Shown here: piece after piece, positions 27,801 to 37,554 of the stretch | Layout: every line of letters starts with the position of its first letter | Position numbering within the stretch: position 1 is the first letter of the stretch | Assembly (NCBI GenBank): GCA_958009085.1 | Contig: OY253675.1 | Coordinates: 1,054,001 to 1,118,000 of the forward strand | Direction of reading: 5' to 3' | Origin: Protoeuglena noctilucae | Taxonomy: Eukaryota | DNA: 64,000 bases | Program-made: the position numbers and the translations under genes | Notes under the pieces: model-generated | The model's database searches: none | The model's input: the letters and a program-made list of their open reading frames with translations, nothing else | What the model was told of the DNA's origin: nothing

Positions 27801-27988
27801 TAGGGTCATACAGAGCACGCCCCTTCCGCCTCGTGGCCGTAATCGTGACTTTGTTCATTCGTCCTCTCCATCGCAGGCGTCTGTCGCTGCTGGTGCACCC
27901 CGACAAGAACGGGGACCACCCGCTCGCTGCGGATGCGTTCGCGGCGGCGCAGGGGGCTTTTAGAGCTCTGGAGAGGCGACAGGCGTAG
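24813..27988 (+). CDS. C-terminal J-domain (DnaJ) protein with N-terminal CCHC zinc knuckle and long low-complexity linker
   Basis: 'CSVCGSAGHNRSKC' at ~25205-25247. J domain 'AVLQVPKGASSADVKAAFR|RLSLLVHPDKN..AADAF'. Start approximate. Confidence 0.78.
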
Positions 27989-28283
27989 AGCTTGGACAGC
28001 GCATGTCATGTGAGACGCGATTTGGCTGGCCTGTGTGTGTGCGCGCCTTTGATGCCACCGACTGACGGTCTGAGAGTTATAGCGCTGTGATTTCAACAGG
28101 TTCACGAGCAACTGTGCCGCGCTGTGGAGGGCTGATACACCTAGGCAGGCGCGTGTCAGGTCATGCAGACACACATCACGTGCTAGTCACGGCATGCGTT
28201 GCGTCACTAGTCACTGGGCATGTGGCAGGCCGGGTGCGTGCTATTAGGGTGTCAAACAGCAGCCGCAGCGTGGGGCGCAGGGG

Positions 28284-29792
28284 TCAGGTCATCGCTGTCG
28301 TGAAGCGGCACCACAGAGGAACTTCACGAACGGGTTGATAACGATGTCGGCCACCTGTGGGCGAGGTAACGGCGCAAGTGTAATTTAATTGCCCCCTGGG
28401 GCGGGTCTGAAGGGCCGGGAGAGAAGAGCAGGTCAGGCACAGGACCGGGCACAGGCAAGTATGGTCAGGCGATGGGCGGAGGGCGGCGCCGTTGCCGGGC
28501 ACCGGCTGCTCACCGGGTTGATGGGCAGCGTGTCCGGCTGCTTCCCAATCGCCCTCTCTCGCGGCCGCCCCTTTGGGCGAGGCTCCGTCAGAGACGTGGG
28601 CTTGTACGTGTCGCTGTCCACGAAGTGCACCCACGCGTACTTAAACACGTGCAGTGCGTCGTCAGCCTTGGCGAGGAAATCGTTGCGAGCCTTCCTGTTG
28701 GCCAGCAGGGCCGCGACGCTGGCTTGGAGCGTCCGCTTTTCACGAACGACGCTGATGGCCGTGTCGATGGCCACGCCATCAATCCCCTCGATGTAGTCGC
28801 AGCCGGCGAGCACGGCTGCGATGCGCATCATGTCCAAATTGTCTTCCTTTTTCTCCTTGCGGAAGATCCCCTTCCGAAAGGCTGCCGGGTCGCACTTGAA
28901 GAAAACATTAGTGTCAACGGTGTCCTGCATTCATAACTCAAATTTGTGCGGAGTTTGTCGCAAACAGCGGCCCGAGCGGCGTGCGGCACCGTGTCCACAA
29001 AGCCCCTCGCAGCACACGCCCGCAGCGCAGAGCACGTCCCGTCCTCACCTCCAGCAAGACGCACGGGACGTCGTACAGGAGCAAGTCCGAGTCGGTCGTC
29101 ACGACAGCGGCCACTTGCCCCGTCTTCGCCAGGTACGCGAGCTGGTGGTCCGCCTCGTATGGCGCTTCCATGCACTCCCAGCCCATGCCCCTGAGCTTCT
29201 CCGCAACTTTCTGTCCCAACTCCCTGAATGACCCCTTGACCTTGCGCTTCGGGTAAACTCCCCGCACCGCCCACTCCGCGCAGACTTTCCGCTCCGCCCG
29301 CTCCGCGCGGACTCGCTCCTTGGCGGGGAGCTTGTCCCCATCGAACACGAAGATCACGAGCTTTTCCACCTTGACGCCTTTTCGCTTGAAGATTTGTGCT
29401 TTCTTCGCAAGAAACTGCGATAACATGCACGATGACGCGTTTCGGTGGATTAAAAGCCCAGCGCCCGGTCGTGAGGACGCGTGCAAGGCGCGGGGCGCAC
29501 GGAGCCCTCCTTCGGCCAGCGCGCACCTTGGCAAGCGCCTCCGCCTCCTGGTCCATGCTGAGTCGAGATCCTGAAAGCAGCGCCGGCCAATTTCATTGCG
29601 ACGCGTGAGCCGAGGGGTGAGCACGGTCAAGAAGCACACGTCGCAGCAACGGCGCACCCTGTCCCCCCCCTCTATCCCGCGCTCACCACGTAGCGTTTGA
29701 AAGCCCATGAACATCCAAATGGATGCATCCACCGCGACGCGCCCGACATTCACGGCTTTAATGTCAATTTTTGTTGAGTGTTCCTTGGCCAT
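28284..29792 (-). CDS. EXO1/XPG(FEN1)-family 5' nuclease, copy A (5' end abnormal)
   Basis: 'VAVDASIWM', 'FVFDGDKLPAK', 'APYEADHQLAYL', 'TTDSDLLLY', H3TH 'LAGCDYIEGIDGV'. No in-frame ATG precedes the N-terminal GV. Last exon uncertain. Confidence 0.85.
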
Positions 29793-30231
29793 CCTGGCCA
29801 AATTTCGCACCCCCCCCCCCCCCCCCGCGTAGTCACGATCATCTTTCCACCGTAAAAGGGAGGAAGATTGACGCTTTTTGTCGCGTAGCAAGGCTAGGCG
29901 CTTAACCAAGTGCAGAGCGCGCCAGTGGGACGCCAGCACACCTCCGCAGGGCATCGCAGCCCTAGCTCGCCCCCACCGCATGAAGCAATGCGCGATGATC
30001 CTGTCGCATTCGTCCCTTTCACTCGCACCCCAGCACACTCTCTCTGCTCCCCGCCCAGGGCGACAGCGAGTCTTGCAGGCTTTGCCAGTCTCTGCAGTGC
30101 TTACCTATGATCTCAGTCGTGGCATAACGCACTGTGCAGCATTCAACGAAGAGCCAGTCGCCCCAACCTGCAGAAGCGGCGCAGCACGTCCCGCATGCGC
30201 CTCACGACAGCACGAACTATGTGCCCAGCAC

Positions 30232-32455
30232 TCAATCAGTGTTCGACAGGTCAGGCACCCGCGGTCGCTCGTCCAATCTCAACATCGGCCCTTCCGCCTG
30301 CAACTGTTGTGGCGGCCCCACCGCACTCCTGCTCTTGCGCCGGGGCTGCGACCGCGACGCGGAGCCACGCAGCGCAGGAGACGCCACCGACTCCCGCGCC
30401 CCGACAGCCGCCGGCGCAGAGGCGGGCGCGGAGGCGGGGGCCTCTCGCTCCGTGGCCGCCGCACGGGGCGCGGGAGTGACGGGCGTGACGGGGGTCGTTA
30501 ACTCTCGCCTCGCCCTCGCGGCTGCCCCGGGGGACGGCGCGGATGCAGCCGCGGGTGTCGCAATCGGCGTCCGGGCCGAGCTGATCTGGCGGACCAGACC
30601 GGGCATGCGGGGCGGCCTCTCGGGGGAGCGAGGCGATGCAGAGCCGGCAGAGCTGTCGTCATCTGTGGACGCAGACGTGGTCGCCTCCCCCGCCCTGGCT
30701 GCCCGGCTGTCCCTGCGTGGCTGGGCGGTGCTCGTCTCGGCCTGGCGGGTCGTCGTGGGTGCAGTCGCGTTGTTGCTGGTGACTGACTCTGCCCTCGCCA
30801 CTGCAACTGCCGGCTGGCGCGAGGGTGAGGCCTTGGGCTTAGCGGCGACTGGAGTGGTGGTACCAGTGGCAGCAGAGGGGCCCTGCGGTGGGCAGGAAAG
30901 GTTTGGACAGGTCTTCACAACCGACGTGGACCCGGTGCCAAGTCATGACGGTGCACGACGACTAGCCACCGCTTAACCATGCACATAAACAACTTGCGAC
31001 CCACCTCGCCACCCCCGCCACGGCTGCGGCCCTCCACGACACCAACCGGCATCGCAGTCTCCGTCGCCCCCCCGCTCGACCCCTCGCCCACCACCTCAGG
31101 ACCGCCGTGCTCGCCATGCTCGCTGTCGCCGACGTGCGTGGCCTCCGTGCGACTCTCAGCGGCCGCCGGGCTGCTGGGCCGGGTCGGGGGCCGCACCCCA
31201 ATTAGATCCGTCCGCACTGGCTCGCTCGGATGGGGCTCCGTCAGGTGCCGGGGCTTGCCGTCCTTGCCGTACACCCACGCGTACTGGAACACGTACAGAG
31301 CATCACGTGCCCTATCGAGGAACCGGTCCCGCGCCTCTTCACGGGTCGAGGGCGGCGGCGGGGAGGGGTCGTCCGGGATGACGTACCCTTTGCTCAACAG
31401 GTGGTCGAGGCTGCGTTCGAGCGTCCCGTGATCGCGAACGGCATCCGTGGATCTCTTGAACCCCACTTTCTCGAGGCCCCTCACATAGTCGCAGTTGTTG
31501 AGCACGGCCGCAGCGTGCATCATCTCCACGTTCCTCTCGTTGCTCTCTGCGCCAAAGAGCTCCTCCAGGAAGGCCGCCGGGTCGCACTCCTTGAAGATAC
31601 CGTGGTCCTGTAAAGAACGCAGTTCGTGTATGGCAGTTGTCATCTGCTCACAGCCTCTCATCCGCAGCACGCACCCGCATCAAAGCACGTCCCTCACCTC
31701 CAGCAGGACGCACGGGAGGCCGAACAAGAGCACGTCCGAGTCGACCGTGGCGACGGCGTCGACTTGCTCCGTCTTCACCAGGTGCGCGAGCTGGTGGTCC
31801 GCCTCTACCGGTGCCTGCTCACAGCGCCAGCCCTTGCTCTTGAGCCAGAGCCTGACCCCCTCCGCGACCCCCTCTGGCAGCCTGACTTTTTCCGTCTGCC
31901 GCTCCGCACGGACCCGCTCTTTGAGGGGGAGCTTGGCCCCGTCGAACACAAACTTCACTGCGCCTTTCGCTTTGGCGCCATCTCGCGTGAGGTCGAGCGC
32001 TGCAGATTGCAGCCTCTGCGTTGATATACAGGGTGACGCGTTTCGGCGGACTCACGCGCAGCGCCAGGCACGAGAAGAGGCGTGCAAGGCGTCAGGCTCC
32101 GCTTTGGCCCGCACGCACCTCAGCGAGCGCCTTCACCACCTTCGCTGTCTCCTCCTTGCTCCATGAATCCTCTGAAAGCAGCGCCGAGCAGCAGGGGACA
32201 TTGTGGCGCGTGGCTGGAGCGCGCAGCTTGGAGCACGGTAGTGGGGGGTGAGCACAGCTGCGAAGCCCGACCGCAGCTGCGCTGGAGCTACCCAGCCCTG
32301 CGCTTACTTTTTTCAACCCAAGATTTGTTGGCCTTGAACTTCTTGTACATCCAGACGGACGCGTCCACGGCGACAGTCCCGACGCCCACGGCCTTGTTGA
32401 AGTCCCTCGTCGTCGAAGACGCTTTGGCATGCTTGGCCAAATCCTTGACCCCCAT
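30232..32455 (-). CDS. EXO1/XPG(FEN1)-family 5' nuclease, copy B, with long disordered C-tail
   Basis: 'MGVKDL', 'VAVDASVWM', 'FVFDGAKLPLK', 'APVEADHQLAHL', 'TVDSDVLLFG', 'NCDYVRGLEKVG'. First three intron positions match copy A. Confidence 0.87.
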
Positions 32456-32563
32456 GGTTCCTCGTCTCTCCGTGTATCCGCCGCGCGCAGCTGTGGGAGT
32501 CTGGCGAGGCGGGGCGCTTGCTGCGGCCAAGTGGCGCCCCACCGCCAGAGTCTGGCGTCCCCG

Positions 32564-34522
32564 TCACGACCCAGACCAGGGGTCCCCCACGTAGCGCGAG
32601 TCCTGCACGCGCCCTCCGCCCTCAGCGCTCGCCCCGTGCGCCACCAACAGCGCCACCAAGCTCTGCAGGGTCACAAAGACGAGGACAGCGTCATCGGCAC
32701 TCTCTATCAGATTTCTGCAACCAGCAACCCGCCACTCTTGTTGCTGCCCCTCACCTGCCCCTTCCCCAGCGGCGCCTCCCTCGCCAGGTCCACCGGCGTG
32801 CGGCCGCGGCTGTCGCGGGCGTGAGGGTCCGCCCCGTGGGATAGCAGAAGCCGCGCCAGGTCCTGAGAATGCGGGAGTCATACGAGTTTATCTATAAGTC
32901 GACATCCAGCCACTTGTTGTCCCCCTTCCCGCCCCACCTCGTCGCCGCGGTCGCACGCGAGGTGCAGCGCCGTCATCCCCGTGCCCGTCGCCGCCCCCAC
33001 GTCCGCCCCCGCCACCACCAGCGCCCTCGCCGCAGCCCCCTGCCCCGCCCGCGCCGCGCAGAGCAGCGCCGTGTCCCCCGCCGCGTCCCTCGCGTTAGCC
33101 TCGCACCCGGCCCCCATCAGCACCTGCAGCATGTCCCCGCCCACCGCCCCCCGGTTCAGCCCCCAGTGCAGCAGCGTGCCCCCGCCCCGCCCCCGCGCGG
33201 TCCCCACGTCTCCGCCCGCCGCCAGCAGCGCCCGCACCACCCCCGCGTCCCCGGCTTCCACCGCGATTGCCACGGGGGTCTGACCCAGGCGATCGTCGGA
33301 ATTGGGGTCGGCGCCCATCGCGAGCAGCCACGGAACGAACGCACGCAGGCCGCGCTGGCAGGCGACGGCGAGGGGGGTCTCGAGGTTCGGGCCACGCTCA
33401 CTGCGTGCGGGAATGCACGGCATGTGTGAGGTTGGGACAGCAACGCACGTCATCACAAGTCACGTCCGTGCGGGCACTCGCCTCACGTTCGCGGCGGCAC
33501 CGCTGGGGAGCCGGCCGTCCAGGCCAGGCCTGGATCGGCCCGCTGACGCCCGCAGCAGCGCCGCGGCTGCCAGGAGGGACCCCCGGCTGAGGCTGGCGAG
33601 GAGGGGTGGCTCCCTGACCCACGCGCCTGGGGGCGTACCTGCCCCGGACCCCGCAGCCAGCAGCGCCTCGACGACCGCCAGGTGGCGCTGCAGCACGGCA
33701 CGGTCCAGCGGCTCCAGGTCCTCCAGCGCTGCAGCCAGGTACGCCTCCACCACCTCGTGCGGAGGTACCCCCGCCCCATCGCCCGAGCATCCCGGCCCGC
33801 GCTGCCTGGCCGACACCCGGCGATGCCTCTCCCTTTCCGCGTAGTCAGCGTCCTGTTTGGCAGTGGCGTTGGCGGCTTCCGTCCACGCGGCGAGCCAGTC
33901 CTCGAAGGCCGGGCTGCGGCAGCGCTCTGCAGCGAGGGTGCGCGAGCAGTCGAGCGATGGAACGTCCCATTGCGTCCTTTATATCATACCCTTCCCCCAG
34001 AATGCATCTCGTCATCGAACAGGTCTCGCGCTCACCCACAAAAACGCTCCGTAGGCGATTGCAGGCCTCGGCCTCGAGCGGCGCGAGCAGGAGCGTGGCC
34101 GCGGGGATGGGCGTCGAGCCGTCGTCACCACATGCATTCGGGTCCGCTCCCGCAGCGAGGATCTCGCGGACGGCCTCCGGAGAGCGGGCATGCACCGCGG
34201 CACGCAGGGGCCCGTCCCGCCTGAGCTGCCAGTGCCTCGGCATGCCCTCCGGCTTGGGCGGTTCCACCGCAGCTCCGCGAGCGATCAGCGCGCGGACCAG
34301 GTCCACATCTCCGGCGAGCGCCGCGTCCATCAGCGGCGTCAACCCGTCTGCTTGCTGCTTGTTCACGTCCGCGAAGGCACCCGCGCGCCGGTCTGCCTCC
34401 CGCTTCCCCTCATGCCACCAGGCCCGCGTTGCCAGGCTCGTTGCGGCCGGGCATCCGCGCACGGAGCATGGCTGGGAACGATGCGCGGACGTGAGCCCGG
34501 CCCGGAACGCCACCCGCGCCAT
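32564..34522 (-). CDS. Ankyrin-repeat protein
   Basis: Repeats such as 'ADVNKQQADGLTPLMDAALAGDVDLVRALIARGA', 'GQTPVAIA', 'GDTALLCAA', 'GMTALHLAC', 'GRTPVDLA'. Confidence 0.88.
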
Positions 34523-34773
34523 CGGGCGCCCCGATGAAGGCGTGGCCTTCAAAGGGAAGCAAAATCCGATGCATCTAGCAAAGGTGGGCCAGTGCAAATT
34601 GCGTAAGACGTCGTCTCAGACGCGCAATTCAGGCGACATTCCAACGCCAGGCTCGCTCAGTCGTCCCCCTCCTCCTCTCCGTCGAAAGAGAGACTGCGGA
34701 GGGAAGAGGCACGCAATGTTAGACAGGTAGCTGCCGTTGTCGACACAACAGCGAGAACCTTTCCACGCAACAC

Positions 34774-36705
34774 TCACCCGCCAACCTGCGACTCCTTCGC
34801 AATCCCCGCCGCTCGGCGCACCGGCCTGTCGGGATCGGCATTCCGGCGCTGCCTTGGCTGGAAGAGCAGCCGGGCCATTCCGCCGATCCCGGGCGCCGCG
34901 CCCCCGTCGCCGCCACCGGTGCTCGCGCCACCCTCGGCATCCCCACCGCCCTCCCTGGCCGCCCCAGCCTCCTCGTAGTCACTCCCCAGCGACTCGGCCA
35001 CCCCCGCCTCCGATCGCGCCCCCACCCACGCCTCGTCGCTCCCGGCCAGACCCCCCGCCGTGCGTACCCCGGTGCGCCCCCCCTGCCCTGCCCCGTTCCC
35101 GCTGTCCCAAGAGGGGATGCCGGCGCCCACCGACACCCCACCCTCCATATCATAGCACGTGTACGAGTCGGGATTCCTCATGAAGTCCGGCATGATGGAT
35201 CGCCGACGGCCGGGGTTCGACCTGCATTGACATGCGTGGAGGGTCACCTCTCGTGAGGGCGAGAAGACAGCTCAGCGGGGAGGTGCAACGATGGCAGGGA
35301 GGAAGCGGGAATGATAAAGGGGCAAGTGCCTGCTTGCACCCTCGGGCATCTCAGCACAAGCCAGTGCCCATGGCAACCCGGCTAACAGACTGACCTGGGG
35401 GGCAGGGAGCGCGCAGGGCCACCCTCCACCATGCGTCGCTTCGGCGAAGGCTTCTCTTCCCCGGTATCCACGAACCTCACGCGCTTGCTCTGCCGTGGCT
35501 GGGCCCCCGCATCGGCCCCGCCCTCCCCATGTGCGCCAGACGCGGTCCCTTGGCGGACAGCGCCCGCGGCCTTCAGCGCCGGACGCAACAGACCGGGCGC
35601 CCTCCGCGGCCGCGGCTGCTCCGCTGCGCGATGAGAGGCACTGGCACCGCTGGGCCCGCCCGCATTGCCGACGGGCGCTCGGGGGGACGGACCGGCGTCG
35701 TCATCCTTCTCGTCAACGTCGCTGTCCGCCGTCGCAGCGCTGCGCCGCGCAAGCATCGCATCGCGCTCGGCGCGCCTGCGAACGAAGGAGAACGGCAGGA
35801 TGGCACCGACCCTGGCCGCCAACGGGCGTTGCTCCAAACGCTGCTTGAGAGAGAGAGAGACTGGCGTCACCTGTTCGCAGCGACGGCTGCTTTGCGCCGA
35901 ATGGCGTTCCTCTCGCGCTCGTAAGCGGCCTCAAGGCCCGCGCGGCCCCGCTTGAGCGCAGCCTCATCGCCCTCCTCGCCCTCGTCGCCTCCCTCCGCAG
36001 GACCCTCGTCCGCCCCACGCCCCGCGCCCATGGCGATGCGATCGTTATCGTCCTCGTCCGACTCCAGGTCGAACTGATGGCGCGCGCGCGCGGAGACGGG
36101 TCCCTCCGCGACGGTAGGGTGCGGGGCTGCGTGGGGCTCGCGGGCAGGACACTATCTTCGGAGAATTCCCTTCGCATAGTGCTGCAACGCTTTTTCGATT
36201 CGCGATGTAACAATTAGACACGGCGCATTTGACTAAAAATCACCTCGCAGTCAGGGAACTCGCAATTCCCCCCTAACGTGGGCTGGCATGGCTGCGCCGC
36301 GATGCCGCAGGGTGGCGCACCTGTCGCTGCTCTGCTGTCTTCATCATCTTCACCCGAAGCTTCCTCGGATCCGGAGCCGGAGCCCGGGCCGCTTGCCGCT
36401 GCGAAATGCCGCTCCCACAACGACGGGCGCACGAAGTCCTCGTCCTCGTCCGTGCTCGCATCCGCGCCTTGGCCGCTGCGCGAGGGAATTATCACGATCG
36501 GTCTCTCGCTATACGGACAGGGGCGGCGCGACAAAGATGCATCGGGTCGCATCCGGTCACATCGTCCCGCTTCCCACCTTGTCCCGGGGCCGCTCGCATC
36601 CCCCGATCCCGCGACGAACGGCGCACTTTGCAGAGTCCATGACGAAGAACCGAGCGCGCCAAACACGCCCGTGGCCTTTTTGGCGAAGGCGTCCAGCGCG
36701 CTCAT
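34774..36705 (-). CDS. TSSC4: TSSC4-family (U5 snRNP chaperone-like) protein
   Basis: N-terminal 'FAKKATGVFGALGSSSW', 'LKQRLE', and 'PDFMRNPDSYTCY', which matches the family PDY..P..(W/Y)T.Y motif. Otherwise disordered. Confidence 0.65.
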
Positions 36706-36895
36706 GGTCCAGTGCCTAGAGCTGCGCGGCTTGTGCGAGGTCCGACGCCCCGTTGGTACTCGGAGGTAGAGGAACTGCCGGGCGAATGCGGGTGTCAGCG
36801 TAAACGTCGCCACGGGCTTGCCAGTGGACGCAATTTCCGTGCCAGAGCGTGTCGCTGGGGAACATCGGGAAAACCCGGCGATTTGACGTCACTCG

Positions 36896-37011
36896 GATCA
36901 GAAGGATCGCGGGAATCACTGGATTCATCCCAGTGATCCCCGGGAATCGCCGGGATCATCCCCGTGATCCCGGCGATCCCCGCCACTGCCGCAGTGATCC
37001 CAGCGATCCCG
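36896..37011. repeat. Left subterminal repeat array (GGGATCATCCC-nnTGATCCC units)
   Basis: ggattcatcccagtgatccc (36921), gggatcatccccgtgatccc (36952), and further (t/c)gatccc copies to ~37010. Confidence 0.85.
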
Positions 37012-37554
37012 GGCCGCGGCCCTGACGCGCGTGCGCGCCCCCGCGTTTGCTCAGGGGGCTCGAGAGGAGGCGGAGAGACCGCACATTTGCTAGTTGGTGC
37101 TAATGACTGCCTCGGAGGCCCCTCTCGCGTCCTAAAGCTTGCTCCAGCATGCAGACGGGGGCCGTCGACGCATCCGGGGTCCGCTTCCCCTGCGCCGCCG
37201 CTGTTCAACGTGAGATGTTTATATCTATGCGATGAGCGGGAGCTCGCGGGCTCGCCGGGCCCCCGGGGGCGCCGGGGAGGTCCCCGTGCTCGACCAGGCC
37301 TACCGCCGCCGCGGCCGCGATCGGGCACGCAGCGCTTGGCCTATGGATTGAGGTGACCTAAATCTCGCTAGCTGCGGCGCCTTTGCCGGCTACGCCGCAC
37401 GGAGGTGGCTGCTGCATGGGAGGTGAGCCGTCCCCGCCGTCATGGCGCTGCGGATGGGGGCGCGGGGCTGGCTTCGGAGAATTATCTCGATACAGATGAC
37501 ATCGCCGGCGTCGGGGACCTGGCACCGCGAGCATCGGGGAGCTCCTGGGGTCAC

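Noticed and set aside
28284..34522. Nucleases plus ankyrin gene as an endogenous giant-virus segment or transposon cargo
   Set aside because: They have host-like introns and composition, there are no viral hallmark genes, and they lie outside the TIRs.
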